In this document: one piece after another, positions 37,624-51,740 of the stretch | How the letters are laid out: each line of letters begins with the position of its first letter | How positions within the stretch are numbered: position 1 is the first letter of the stretch | Assembly: GCF_009914755.1 (NCBI RefSeq) | Contig: NC_060948.1 | Source of the DNA: the human T2T-CHM13v2.0 reference genome, Homo sapiens | Strand: one strand, 5' to 3' | Length of the DNA: 64,000 bases | Made by a program: the position numbers and the translations under genes | The notes under the pieces: generated by a model | Seen by the model: the letters and a program-made list of their open reading frames with translations, nothing else | Told to the model about the DNA's origin: nothing | Databases searched by the model: none

Positions 37624-39415
37624 TTTTGTTAAGGCATTTTAAAAATTGTATGTTTGTTTAAAAAATGTCATATGAAATGATACATATTTACAACTTAAGG
37701 CGTGATGTTCAACAGGTCATATACATTATGCATTGGATACATCCAGCCAATCAACATATGTGTGACCTCACATAGTTGTCATTTTTGTTGTGAAAAAACT
37801 TGACCTGCACTGTATTCGAATATTTTTAGAGAAAGAATATGTTACCACTAGTTATAGTGAGCATGCTGAAGAAAATATTTTTAACCTATTCCTCCTTTAT
37901 AACTAGAAGTATGAGTTCTTCATCCAGCATCTCGTCAGTGCACCCTCTTCACCGCAGTCATTGGAGTCACTACTTCTGTGAAGTCCGCTTTTTTGATTTC
38001 ATATAAGAATGAGATCATGTGCTATTTTCCTTTCTGATACCTGGCTTATGTCACTTAACAGAATGGCATGCACACATTCAGCAGATTCCCACACATTCTC
38101 ACAACTGGCAGGATTTCCTGATTTCTTATTGCAGCGCATATTTCCGTTGCGCATATGCGTTTTTGCCCCATTTTTTAATCCACTTATCAATGGAGGGACA
38201 CTCAGGTTGCTTCCGCATTTTGGCTACAGCAAAAATGTAATGAGTGCAGCAATAATTGCATGGGTGCGCGCACCGCTTCAACATACTGATCTGTGTACTG
38301 GCGGGCGTGCCCGGGTATTCTGATTTGCTGGATCATATAGTGGGTGGTTCTACTTGTAGATTTCTGAAGGCTGTTTATACTTAAATAAGAGCCATAAAGC
38401 TTCTTTAATGCCAGCACTAATTTACATTCTCCCCAAAAGTGAGCAGGGAATTCGTTTTCTCTGCCTCCTCACCAGAGATTAGGGTTTTCTTTTCTTTCTT
38501 TTTTTTTTTTTGTTTGTTTGTCTTTCGGATAATATGCATTCTGACTGAAGTGAGAAGAAATCTCATTGTGTTTTTGATTTGCATTTTCGTGATGGATTGG
38601 GGATAATGAGGAATTTTTAGTGTGTCTTCTGGGCAACTGTATGTCTCAGTTTCACAAATGAGTCTTCGCAGCCTTCGCCCATTTGTTTTCATGCTATTGA
38701 GTTGTTGGGAGTTCCTTATGTACTGTGACTATTCCCCCATGAACAGATGTATGGTGATCCAATCATTGCTCCCATCCTGTAGGATGCCCCTTCTGTATGT
38801 TGAGTTTTCTATGGTGTGGTGAAGCACTTTAGTTTGATATGATTCCATTCTCTATTTTTGATGGTGTTTACTGTGTTCTTGCAGTCACTTTGAGACCATC
38901 ATTGCACACACGGACGCCATGGAGCTTCTTCCTTGTGATCTCTTCTGCTATTTTTATCGTTTCACATCTGACACTGGAGTTTGGTGATAAATAATCCACT
39001 TGTAAAATCCTTTGTGTGGCTATTCAGATTTCCCCAACCTAGTTTATAGAAGATACTTGATTTTGCATTGGGCGTTCTTGCTTCTTTGGGAAAAGGCTGT
39101 GAGCTGCAAATGCAGTGACTTAGTTCTGGGCTCCTGTTGTTTTTCCTAAGCTCTAGTCTCTGCTTTTCTGCCAGTGCTATTGTATTTTGGTACAAAAAGT
39201 TTTGTAGTAGTATATCATGAAGTTAGGTAGTGTGGTGGCTCCAGCTTTGTGCTTTTTACTGGATTGCTCTGGGTTTTCAGGATCTTCTGCCATTTCATAG
39301 CAAATTTGGGATTCCCAGATTGTTTTTCTAAGAAGAATGTGTCATTGATATTTTTACAGGGGTTGTATAGAATCTGAGGATGACTCAGGTAGTAGTGATG
39401 TCAATGCCGTTTAGA
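37624..39415 (-). mobile_element. L1 (L1MA-like) fragment, unit 2
   Basis: Copy of 17345-19135. Confidence 0.88.
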
Positions 39416-39449
39416 CAATGTGCGTGTTTGTGTGCACAAGCTCAGGGCC

Positions 39450-40881
39450 AAGAGACACTGGGTGTCCTCACCAATACTGAGGTGGGCCTTAATATCCAGC
39501 CAGATTGCCTTCTGGAAACACACGGAATGTCCTGTTCTGTTTTGCCATCTCTTCACATTTCCTCCCCTGTGAGCCCTGTGTGGTCCTCCAGATTCCCTGT
39601 GCGGTGGCCTGCCTTTTTTGGGGTGGGGAGTTGCTGGGTGAATGAGGATGGCGGAGGGAACCAAGCATGTCAGTGGAGCGTGGTGTCATCCAAACGGTAC
39701 TTAGCAGGCCTGGGAGAGTCATTCTGGGAGGACGCAGACCTAGAGAGGCCTCAGGTGGGCATCTGTGTGGAGGGTGAGAGATCCCTGGTTGAGCCCAAAC
39801 TGAACCCCAGGTAGAAGCAAGCCTCAGGACAGGGAAGTAGCTAGCAAGGGATGATGAGGCAGCTATCTCTTGACCCTGGCTTCCCACCCATTGACCTTAG
39901 CTACTTATGCCTATTAAGCAGATTACGGTTCCCCCATCGTGAAATGTGGGTACCACAGTTCCCTGATGGGCATTTCTCCACCAGCCCATGATGGCCTGAG
40001 TTTCCTTACTGCAGTCTCCTCCCTGAGCCTTGGCTTCTCTATGTGTGTCCTAACTCCAGGACCCACAGGCCTGTCAACCCCCAGCCCTGGGCTGCTTCCC
40101 TGGCCTCTTCTCTGTTCCCTCTCTGAGGGCCTAACTCCCTTGGGTAGTGCTGCAGAATATAGAGCCACAGGCCCTGGCTGATGATCTGGTGGACTGGGCA
40201 AATTGGTCGTGACAGGTCAGGTTCTGGTTCAAAGCCAATTCCTCCGATGCCAAGGAATGTCGAAGAAGGTCCTTTGCCATGATGCCCCATAGCTGCCCCA
40301 CCTCAGCAATCGTGCCGTAACCTGGGCCCTCACAGTCAGACAACCAGCTGAAGAAGCTCAGGCAGTGACCTGCGGGAAACTCGGGCTTTCACCTGCATGA
40401 CCCTAGAACCACTGGACTGCAGTGGAGCCAGTCACCCTGTATCCTGGAGGGAGACGAGTCAGGAAGGCGCACGCCAGGCCCAGCTCCCGAGGTACTACCC
40501 CCTCTACTCCTCAGGGAGGATGCCAATGCAATACTCCTTAGTCATCACTTTGTTTCCGAAGTAAATGTTGTGATGAAAGGCAAACTTCTTCCTACCCCTT
40601 GTATTCAGGGTGGCCGAGTTCCTCCACCTGCCTGTCCAAGAAGGAGAAACAGGGCTGTGAAGGGGCAATTTCATCTAGGTGGGCTGAGGTGGCATTCTAG
40701 CCGGGGTGAAGCATGCGTTTCCCCTTCCCAGCTTTCCCGCTGAGACACACCTGAGCCCCAGAAGGACCTCAACCTGACCAGGACCTTAGCGCCCTCCCCC
40801 AGACCCAGGCTTTCCATCCTGACCTGCAAATCCAACATGCAGCTTTGAAGGACTTTCTCATGGTTTCTGAGCTCCTTGCTC
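39450..40881 (-). pseudogene. Degenerate TSPY-family paralog B, unit 2/3 junction
   Basis: Copy of 19170-20600 at offset ~+20280. Confidence 0.8.
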
Positions 40882-42919
40882 TCACCAGAAAGAATCAGAA
40901 CTTTTAAAGTGTTCTTTATGCCAACTTAAATTTTTTCATTTTTACTACCTCATGTTTTGGATGAGGCATGTATTTTTAAATTTATTTTCACCCTTATTGT
41001 ACCTCTATGATAAACTGCTTGCTTACATTCATACCGTAATTATCTCTCAGGTTACTTGTCTGTTCCTAAAGATTCACTGAAACGAAGAATTCTATATATG
41101 CTTGTATCTTTCAGCAACCGTATGTCAGATAGCACTGCACATTACTGCAGACATCGCATATACAGGTCCAAAGGTAGAGGAAGAAGAAGAAAGCAAGCGT
41201 TAAACTCTATTCATTCCTAAAAGCATATCAGAAACTCACAAATAACAGTGAAATCAAAGAATGATCACAGCCAATTCCATTACATACCTAGACTGAAATA
41301 CGAAACTTCAAAGAAAAGAAACATTAGAACTTTGGGTTTGTAAAAATTTTCCTATATAGATAAAATTATTGGTAACTGTGTCTCACTAGAAAACGTAAAC
41401 AAAAATCCATGTTTTTCATATTTGTAAATATACATAGTTTTATTTCCATCAGTTATGACATGCAAGCAAGTAATAAAGTGAAAGTACAATCAAATGATAT
41501 ATGGAACTTCCTCAGTCTTAAAATATTCCGTGGAGACTATCAATTTTATGAAAACTATAAAGAATGCTTCATGAAACTACATTGTACAGTGCCATTTACT
41601 ATTTTACTGACATTTTAAATAATCAACAATTAAAGGGAATACGTCAACATTATTTAATACCAATAACGTTATTTTTCTTGAGTAATCCTGTTGAAATTAA
41701 GGATTTTAAATAAAACATTAAAAACAAATTATATTGACTGATTTCAGCTTTGGATGAAATCATACTTGTGTATTTGTAGTAATGCGAAGCATAACTTTCT
41801 CCTCACAATTAATCTTTTATAACATCGGTGTTATAGTTTTCTCTGACACCAACATTGTGATATCGCACAGGTTTACTGCATGCATGCATTACATGCCTCC
41901 AGAGAGTAGGCTTCAAATATATGGAAAAATTATATTTATGAAAAAATTCTAGGAAAGGGAATGGTGAAATGGAAGAGAATTTCTCACTTGCTAACTGTTG
42001 GACATGGATTTGTATATATTTGGATATAGACACATACTGGCACACTGTGAGTTTGCCCATGTATATATACACTTATATGAGAAACCCATAATATATGGGT
42101 TGTGTAATCTTTTAATTAATCCATAATTGTATGTGTGTGAAATTAGATAAGCGGTTACCTTTTCTTTACTCAATTTGATGGAAAGCCAAAAAACTCTGTC
42201 CACCTTCATTTCAATTAATCCAATACTGTTAACTGCTGGTAGCTTCATTCTCCTTGTTCTCTTACGGCAACCGGAAAGTTAATTCTCGCTCTAATTTGGC
42301 TTTCAAGGTGCGATCAACAAGAGTGTCACCTTGCTGTGGATTGTGACCTCTGACTCCACCTCTGTCTTCCTTTTGCAGTCCTACCTTTGCATAGGTAACA
42401 AACTTTTTACATGGTTAAAAGGATAAACGTTCAGTGAAATGTCAAGCCATGCTGTGAAATGTTCCATAGTTTCTATATCTCTAATTGTCCTTTGATGTTA
42501 TAGAGGCAAGAAAAATAATTCAATGTTTTTCTTAGTATCTAGTCCAATGCACGCTTTCTTCATAATACTGCAAACAAGGCACTGACATGGAAACGTGGCT
42601 GGACGTCTCAAAATCTCTTCTCATTAATTACTATTATGTTAATCACTGTTGCCCACAACTGGAATTGGACTTTGAAATCCCCTGGTGGAAATTGCTATAA
42701 TGGCTCAAACTACTGGAAAGACTATCTTTTTTTTACCTGAAAATATCTGATGAGCATAGACATATGCTATATACAGGAACATATTGTACATTAACAACAT
42801 ACCATCACTGCCACTCAATAATACGTATCCCAAACCTTTGAGCCAAACTGAGCTCGGGTGCTCCCACAAACCAAGCTTTTCCCTCCACAGATTTCTTATG
42901 TCAAAAAGCCACAACTCCA

Positions 42920-43225
42920 GGCCAGGCTTCGTGGCTCTTGTTGTAATTTCTACATTTTGGGAGGCCGAGGTTGGTGGGTCACTTGAGGTCAGGAGTTGGA
43001 GACCAGCATGGGCAACATGGCAAAAAGCTGTCTCTACCAAAAATACAAAAATTAGCCAGACCTAGTGGCACTTTCCTGTGGTCCCAGCTACTTGGGAGGC
43101 TGAGGCAGGAGAACCACCTGAACATGGGTGGCAGAGATTGTATAGTAAGCCAAGATCAGACTACTGCACTCCAGCCTGGATGACACAGCGAGACCATGAC
43201 TGAAAAAAGAAAAAAAAAAAATAAA
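42920..43225 (+). mobile_element. Alu SINE, unit 3
   Basis: Copy of 2377-2669. Confidence 0.92.
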
Positions 43226-43270
43226 GGCAACTCCACTCGTCCACTGGCTTAGGTAAAAAGTACTGGAGTT

Positions 43271-43552
43271 GGCTGGGCTCGGTGGCTCACACCTGTATTC
43301 CCAGCACTTTGGATTTTGGGAAGCTGAGTCGGGCGGGTCACCTGAGATCTGTAGTAGGAGAGCAGCCTGGCCAACATGGTGAAGCCTGGCTTCTGCTAAA
43401 AATACAAAACATTAGCTGAGCGTGGTGATGCATGCTTGTAATCCCAGCTACTGCAGAGGCTGAACCTGGGAGGCGGAGGTTGTGTTGAGCTGAGATCCTG
43501 CCACTGCGCTCCAGCCTGGTCTACAGAGCGAGAGTACCCTGTGAGAAACAAA
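43271..43552 (+). mobile_element. Alu SINE, unit 3
   Basis: Copy of 2715-2996. Confidence 0.92.
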
Positions 43553-43683
43553 GGTGAAGAGAACAAGAAAAAAAAAATGAGAAAAATAAGACCCACTGCA
43601 AAAGGTTGCCACAGAAAAGATTAAACATTTCAGCAACTTCTATCTTCTGTCATGGAAGCCAAGGTTATTTGGACCAAACCTCC

Positions 43684-44036
43684 TGTCTTAGTTCATTTTC
43701 ACGCTGCTGAAGAAGACATACCTGAAACTGGGAATAAAAGGAGGTTTAATTGGACTGACAGTTCCACATGGCTGTGGAGGCCTCAGAATCATGGTATACG
43801 AATAAAGGCACTTCTTACATGGCAATGCCAAGAGAGAATGAGGAAGAACCTGAGGCAGAAACCCCTGAAAAACCCATCAGATCCCGTGAGACTTCTTCAC
43901 TGTCACAAGAATAGCATGAGAAAGACCGACCCCCATGATTCAATTACCTCCCCCTGGGTCCCACCCGCAACACGAGGGAATTCTGGGAGATACAATTGAA
44001 GCTGAGATTTGAATGGAGACACACCAAACCATGTCA
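43684..44036 (-). mobile_element. THE1-family solo LTR, unit 3
   Basis: Copy of 3127-3479; a further truncated copy starts at 63959. Confidence 0.9.
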
Positions 44037-47000
44037 CTTCCCAAACAACTAAAAATTCCCAATAGAAGAAGCATTAATTATATCAAAAAGTGGTGGACCA
44101 AGAAGGAACTATTAGCCTCATATCTCAAGAAAGACTCCAGTCAAGGCCTAGGGACTACTCATGAAAAGAGTTTAATAGCCGACTCTCTCCCAGTGGATCT
44201 GGATTCCACCGGACTGTATCTTCACAGTAAGGGTGAAACAGAAGCAAACCCATTCCTATTTCCAAGCTCAAGGAACTTTGGTCAAAGTTCTCTTGGAGCT
44301 GAGCAGAACAAGGAGGCAAACAGAAAAGATTTGTGTCCCTGAGAAGTCATGGCCACAGGCTGGCTATCACACAGATTGTCAAGCCAGTTCCATATTGCAT
44401 GGGTATTACAGAAAATCTCAAAACATAAATTTGTGTGTGGGTTGTCCCAGAGTAGCAGGATCTGGCAGAAGGAAATTTCCTTCTAACCCTCAAAGAATCC
44501 ACATAAATCTTGTTACATTTGGGATTTTACGATTTGCTTCAGGAATGAGAATGGCCTTAATTTTCATATCTTTTTCTACACTCAGTTTATGTCTTGTTGG
44601 CGTCAAAGTTCTGCTTGCTTCACACAATGAGTTTAGGATTTTCCCTTTTTTATTCTATAGAATTCTTCATATATATTGAAATGCTCTGCCTGGGGAAAAA
44701 AATCTGAGCCTAGCGTTTTATCTCTAGGAAGAATCCTTTATTTCCTTGGACATTTATGAGACTATACAGATTATATATGTCTTCTTGTATCAATTTTACT
44801 AAGCTATATACATAGCTTATGTTTATATATTATATATATAAATGTAAGATACAAATATAAAAATTATGTATAAATATGAAAATATATATAGAAAGCGATA
44901 TATATGTCTATATATAGAGACAGATTATAAATATCTGTCTATTTGATCTAAGTTTTCAAATTTGTAGGTTAAGGTGTTAACGATATTTCCTTATTAGCTT
45001 CTTAATCTATGCTGTATCTATGGTTGTGTACCTTTTAAATTCTTAGTTTTATCTATGTTTTCTCCCTTTTTTTCTAAACTTGACTGACGGTTGCATCATT
45101 TATTATATTTCTCCAACAAGCAAAGGTTAGCTTTGTATGTTTTACTAATTTTGTCTACATCATTATTCCCACACTTTAGTTTTTCAGAATTGATTCTGTT
45201 GTTTCTTTTCTAATTCTTTATTGAAATATCTAGTACATTAATTTTCAAGTTATTAGAGAAATATTTGTCTGTAAACTCCTATTGTAATATCACTTTTCTT
45301 GCTACTCACAGATTTAATCTTTAATATTGGCGGTATCATTGAGTTCTAAGTACATTTCAATTCCTAGTATGATAATCTATGAATTGCTGAGAAATAGTGT
45401 TTACAATTTTGTTGTTCTATTTCCACTTAAGTTTATTTTTACTTCTGCTAACTCAATTGAAAATTCTTTACTAATTTTTAAAATCCTTGAACCCAAGAGA
45501 TGGAGGTTGCAGTGAGCTGAGATCAGGCCACTGCATTCCAGACTGAGTGACAGAGTGGAACGAGATTTCAAAACAAAACAAAACAAAACAAAACAAAACA
45601 GTCACTGGAAAGATAATAAAATACATAAATGTGGGATGTAATATGTAATCGTGATAAAATAAACTGGATTTTTTGTATAAGTTATACATATAAATGTAAT
45701 GCCAAGACACTGATAAGACAACTCATGGTCTTATCTCAATACTTAGTGTCTTCATGTAACATATGTCCTTTAGGATAGTTATAGTCCGTTTTCTTTCCAG
45801 GAGAGACAGATGAGAATGCAGAAATGTTAAAGTGCAAGGGACGGAAGCTTCCAGCTGTGCCCACCTGTAACCTGACGTAGACAGTTCCACCGTTTGCTTC
45901 ATTAATCATGCCAAAGGCTCTAATGCAAATGTGGTACAGAGTCACATGTTTTTGTATCTACATGATAGAAACTATAACTTCATCCCTATATAGAAGGGTA
46001 TATAGCATATGCCTCAGTGATAAATATAAGTGAATCATTGATCAGTAGGAAACCATTTTAAAAGTCTTTCATAACAGAACAAAATCCCTGAAAACATTTT
46101 CTTCTCAATCTCTGAGTTTTCTTACACGGCTTATGAATCTCTAGCCATACTAAAGAGATAGTATGCTGCTCTTCCCACAAATTATTCATTGTATATAATT
46201 CCTGTAATCTAATAACAGTACCTTTACACCTCAGGGTTTAAAATGACTCCAACCTTTTTCTGTTTCTCCAATTAAAATAACTTTTTTAAGGTTTAATCTT
46301 CAGTAATTTTTTGTAGTAATATTTTTGAAGGTATTTGACCAGGATGATTTGCTTATATACCTACCTGACGTCTCCCTTTCTTCTGAATACATATTTTATT
46401 ACCCACCTATTAGATCTAAGTTTAAGAAGTTGGAATAGGGATTTAAATCTAAATTCTACATTTGAATTTACAGGAGTCAGCGAGTCGGGGAAGTGCCTTT
46501 ATGCACAGACCAATATCTGGCAATGGCACTAGGAGACAAATAAGCTTTACCAGTCTCAAAGCCCTGGCTACTACAGTGAATCCACCCTTCTCCTGGATCT
46601 TATCTACTTCAGCAAAAGAAGGCCACCCACTAAACCAGGCCCTTGTACTTTGGGTGGAAACTCCTAAGTCCTCTAGTCTCAAACAGACAGCCAGGCTGCC
46701 AATTTCCACAATAATAATTTCTATAGCACTGAGTCTTTGGTAGCCTTGTAACTATAGCTACTGATGCTACAGTCTGGTCCCTGTATGATAAAACACCAGA
46801 GCAACAGAAACAAAAATATTGACTGAAGCCTTCTAAAATCTCTCTAAATATACCTTCAATAAATATCGTTTTTTTTTACAGAACGACTGCTTTCAGCTTC
46901 CTGAACTAACGCTTGGCCTTCGCTAGTTGTCACTGTTGAAATTGATTCAAAAGTGTACATTTAACATGAAAGTCAACACAGAATTTCATGTGTCAGCAAC

Positions 47001-47256
47001 TAAAATTTTCAAAATGTTGCAAAATACAAATGTGAAACTGTATTTGTGAAATTTACCATTCATTGAAATTATATTTTCATACCTACCCAGGCACAGAATT
47101 TTTTATAACTGTCTGCATGTTCTCCTCATGTGGGGGAAAAACAGCATCAGCAGGCAGAGGAATCCTTTGAAGCTGGAGGGAGAGGTTGCAGTGATCTGAG
47201 AGTTTGCCACTTGACTGCAGCCTGGATGACACAGTGAGACTCCAACTGAAAAGAAA

Positions 47257-47297
<41 letters not shown>

Positions 47298-47362
47298 CCA
47301 AAATTGATAAGTAAAAAAAAAATCCGTATTCGAAAACATGCTCACAGGCTAACTCCCATATC

Positions 47363-47407
<45 letters not shown>

Positions 47408-47823
47408 TCCTTGAAAACGAAAGTTCCACAAGGGCGAAACAAGAAAACAAATTTAACACCCCCCAAAGAAAGTACGAAGAGTAACCTCAAAAGAACCGCA
47501 GGGGAAAACAATTCAAAATTTACAAGTATCTACCCTAAAAGAAGCTGAAAGTCCCTCAAAAACTTTCCAGAGGCCATGTCCTTGTATTACAAAAATGATC
47601 ATAAAAACTGGCAGGAGTAGACGAATAGAAATGCATCTTAAAACTTGCTGAACACTTCAAGTCTCCCATAAGAATTGTAATGGAAAATGGATCAGTCGGC
47701 AGTTTTTTCCATACAATTATGAACAAATTATATTTCTTCATACATAGATTTGTTTTTTCAATATTCTAAGGAATTAACTTTTATATTAATAGTAGGTGAT
47801 GTAAGAAAGCAGGCCTTTATCAA

Positions 47824-50709
47824 GATAACTGACACTGGATGTCCATACCATTACTCAGGTGGGCCTTAATTCCCAGCCAGGTTCCCTCCCTGGACACACA
47901 CTGAAGGTCCCCAGCCATTTGGCAATCTCTTCACATTCCCAGCCCTGGAGGTAGCCCTAAAATACATGTACCTGAAGAAAATAAAACATTGCCTCACACT
48001 GGAACCCAGTGTGGTCCTCCAGATTCCGTGTGAGGTGGACTAACTTATATGGGAAGGCAGGGCAGCGGGAGTGAGGATGGCAGAGAGGATTACACATGTC
48101 AAGGCAGCCGGGGTCATGGAAACAAAACATGACTGGCCTGGGAGAAACACTGTGAAAGGACACAGACCTAGGTGGGCCTCAGGTGGACATCCTCATGGAG
48201 AAAAAGGGGGCCCTGGTTGATCTCAAAATGAGCCCCAGGTGGTAGCAGGTCTTACCGCAGGGCAGGGAGCTGGCGAGTAATGATGAGACAGCTATCCCTT
48301 AAGCCCTGCTTGTCACCCACTGACTTTAGCCACATATGCATCATAGTGGCTTAAGGTGCCCCGATCCTGAAATGTGGGTGTTACATGTCCCTGATGGGCC
48401 TCTCTCCCCCAACCCACGGATTGCCTGGGATTGCTCACTGCAGTCTCCTCCCGGATCCTTGGGTTCTCCATGTGGGGCCCAGATCCAGGTCAAAAGGCCT
48501 CTCAGTTCCCAGCCCTTCCCAGCCCTAGGCTGCTCGCCTGGCCTCCTCTCTGTTCCGCCTCTAGGGCTGACCCTCTCTCCATGGGATAGAACTGCAATGG
48601 ATTGAGCCATAGGCCCTGGCTGATGATCTAGGGGACTGCAGAAGTGGGTCCAGGACAGTTCAGGTGACAGTTCAAAGCCAATTCCCCAGAGACCAAGGAA
48701 TGACCAGCTAGGTCCTTTCCCATGATGCCCCATGGCGAACCCCACCTCAGCAATCCTGCCAAAACCCGGGCAGTCATGTTCAGCCAAACAGCTGAATGAG
48801 CTCAGGTAGGAGGTGTACTGCCTGCAGCTGGAGGCTTGACCTTCGTGATCCCAGAACCGCTGGACTGCAGTGGAATGAGACACCCTGTAGCCTGCAGGGA
48901 GAGGAGTCAGGAAGGTTCATGCCAGTCCCACCCTCCCACACACCAGCTCCCCTACCATGCTGGGAGGCATTCCTTACCGAGGATGCCAACACAGTGCTCC
49001 TTCATGATGATTTCACTGTGGAAATAAAGGTTGGGATGAAAGGAAATCATCCTGCCACCGGTAACCGGGATGGCTGAGTTCCTCCACCTGCCGGATCAAG
49101 GAGAAAGAGGATGGATTCAATGGGACCATCTCAACTAGCTGGGCTGAGGTGGCCTACTAGCTGTAGTGAACCATGAGTTTCCCCTTCCCAGCTCTCCCAC
49201 TGAGACAACCCTGGTCCCCAGGGGGACCTCAAACTGACTCAGACACTGGACTCCTCCCACAGACCCAGGCTCCCCAGCCTGACCTGCAAATCCATCACGT
49301 AGCAAAGCAGGACTTCCGCATGCTTTCCGACCCACGCCGACATCTCGTGTGCCAAACAATCTACCTCTGCGCAAGAACTCTCCAGAGGATTGGGTGGGCA
49401 AGCCTCGTGACGCCTTGCAATTTCGCAAGAACACAGACAATGTGGAACAGGGCCATCTCCCAGACATTTGGCCAGTCACCCTTCATTGTTGGCCCTCTAT
49501 CTCTGTCTGGCGAGGAGGCAACGCCACAACTGTGGTGGTTTTTGGAGTGGGTGGACCCCGGCCAAGACGGCCTGGGCTGACCAGAGACGGGAGGCAGAAA
49601 AAGTGGGCAGGTGGTTGCAGCTGAGGGACGGGAGGGACCGGGGGTGGTGTGAGGCGGCTGCTTCTCTGAGTTTCTGAGATGCAGGAGGCCTTTGTGTGCT
49701 GGGTGCTGGACATGCTCCGCTGATGTCCGGGTGTGTGGTGTCCTCTTATCCTAGTCTCCCTGAGGGGTGGGCCTGTCCACCTGAGGGAAGCCTTGTAGTT
49801 AGAAGCCACAGCAGGGTCGTGCCTGGCGCTCTCCAAGGGAATTGCGTGGGTCCAGAGGAAGTTATACAGGCTCAGGGCCTACACGCCTTTGAGTGCAGCG
49901 CCTGCAGTTGGATGAATGCGCATCTGCGGAGCTGGTGCCCGCCGTCAGGTGGTCGGCAGCCCCATGCGCCGCAAACCCGTCTTAAGCACCTTGTGTTTCT
50001 GGGGTGAGCCTGCTGGAAACAGGCACCGAGAGCAGGGGTGGTTCAATGGCTGGTAATGGCATACAGATTCCCCGTCCTCCAGGGACGTTCCCAGGGAAAC
50101 GCGTCCTTCGAATTTGGGCTGTGCGCAAAGGGACCTTGGCGCCGCGATTCTCCCTTGTCAGTGCTGGCCCTGGCTCCCCTTCCCTACCACGTGCTCCCAG
50201 GGCTGCTACAAGCGAGCTGCCCTCACAGCTGCGGGAACGTGGCCTCGGCTCCCACGCTGTCCCCCATCCCCTGCCTCCTGGCTGACCCCACGTGCCTCCC
50301 ACCTGGCTCCTCCCCCCAAACAGCCCCCATACCCCCCGAGGCCCGATGACTATCCCCTGCTGCCCGCCATCCCAAATCGGCAGCCGCAAGGATATGGCTC
50401 TGGCTCACAAGGCGGAGATGCTCTGTGGCCTGGGGCATTCACGGAGCCCAGCTCCAAGTGAAGGACCTCCAGCGAGTCCATTGACGGCCCCGGTGTGCTC
50501 GGTCCAGGGCCAGGCTGTGCCCGCTGGCCCTCCTTCTGCCACCCCACGTCGGGCTCCACCTCAACCACCACCTCCACCTCAGCCATGATGTCTTCCACCT
50601 TCAGCACCGCCTCCTCTTCCAAGGCCGCCTCCTTGCTCTGTACCCCGGCCGTCCTCTCCAGCATTGCCTCCAGCCTGAACACGGTTTTCTCCTGGGTGCT
50701 CCCACAGAC
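47824..50709 (-). pseudogene. FAM197Y: Degenerate TSPY-family paralog A (probably FAM197Y), unit 3
   Basis: Copy of 7265-10150 at offset +40559; ORFs 48341-48883 and 50350-51114. Confidence 0.8.
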
Positions 50710-51740
50710 CCTGGGCCTGCGCAGCCCAGCCCAGCCCAGCCCATGCCCCGCACCCGTAGGCTCTGGGGGCCCGCTCCCCAGCAGACCCGCTCCCTGCAAG
50801 ACCCACGGGCGTCGCCCTGCTGTGAACCTGGTCCCACACCTACGTGGACCCAGGTTTCCTGAGGAGCTCCGCTGGACCCGCAGATCCCGCACTGGCCAAA
50901 GGGCTCCGGTCCCCAGCAGGCTCAACTGCGCACAGGAGCTCGGGAGCCAGAGGCCCCGGCCCTGGGCTTGCAGAGCCCCACCAACAGGCACCGCAACCGC
51001 TGCTGCGGGTGCGGGAGCCTCTGGGTCGTCAAGGCAGCGCACAACAGCGTGCGCGCAGGCCAACAATGGCCAACCCTGGCGGCTGGCCTCTGGTGTGCCC
51101 AGGGCATAGGACAAGAGGCCCTTTGGAATGCTCCCTGGAGTACAGCATCCTCAGGGAGGAAGCATGGTACTCGGAGCCTCTATTTGCCTCGACCTGTGAG
51201 AGTGTGTGCCGGGGCTCTGGCCTCTACAGCAGATCAATTCCACCTCAGCACCGGCAGGCGACTTTCCTCCCACGTGCCCGCCCCGATCACTTCCCCCAGG
51301 ACACCCCTGCCGCCCTAGCCCCAGCAACCAGAGAGAGTTCTCTGCATCTGCTGTATTACCTCCGTACCATCTACCTGGCCTGCCTAACGAAGAGAGATGT
51401 TTCCTGTGTTCATGACACAGATGTTCATGGCTTGCCACACTGAGGATGTCAGGGCACAGGGCTGCCATGCCCACAATTCCAAAGGCCACGCAGCCCGCGT
51501 GTGCCCGGATGCCTAGCTACCCGGCACAAGCTCCAAGGGCTTCTCGGAGGAGGCTTGGGCAGGGAAGGCGGGGGGTGGGGGGGCTGGAGATGCAGGCCCG
51601 CCAGTGGCTGTGCCGCCCAGGGAGACGCCCACCGCCCTCCCATTGATTGGCCACGACGGGAGGAAGTCGGCCTGGGTGCGGCCCCCCGGCCCTTCGCGCG
51701 CAGTCCCTTAGGGGGCGCCTGGAAGCCCGGCGCATGCGCC
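50709..51740. promoter_or_regulatory. TSPY promoter region, unit 3 (variant with intact inverted CCAAT box)
   Basis: Copy of 10150-11185 with ATTGG at 51646-51650 and a 4-bp deletion near 51420. Confidence 0.7.

Larger units (their letters stand above)
20262..40541. repeat. TSPY tandem array unit 2 (20280 bp)
   Basis: Near-identical direct copy of unit 1, differing only by scattered SNVs, small indels and microsatellite lengths. Confidence 0.97.

Noticed and set aside
37130-37642. 170-aa ORF with Y/I/H-rich stretch
   Set aside because: Made of antisense Alu plus TA-repeat translation, and frameshifted in unit 1 by a poly-T length change.
51647-51733. Apparent 29-aa N-terminal extension of TSPY in unit 3 (201-aa ORF)
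   Set aside because: It starts at a TTG created by the promoter C>T variant. This is an ORF-caller alternative start, probably upstream of the TSS; the real start is the ATG at 51734.
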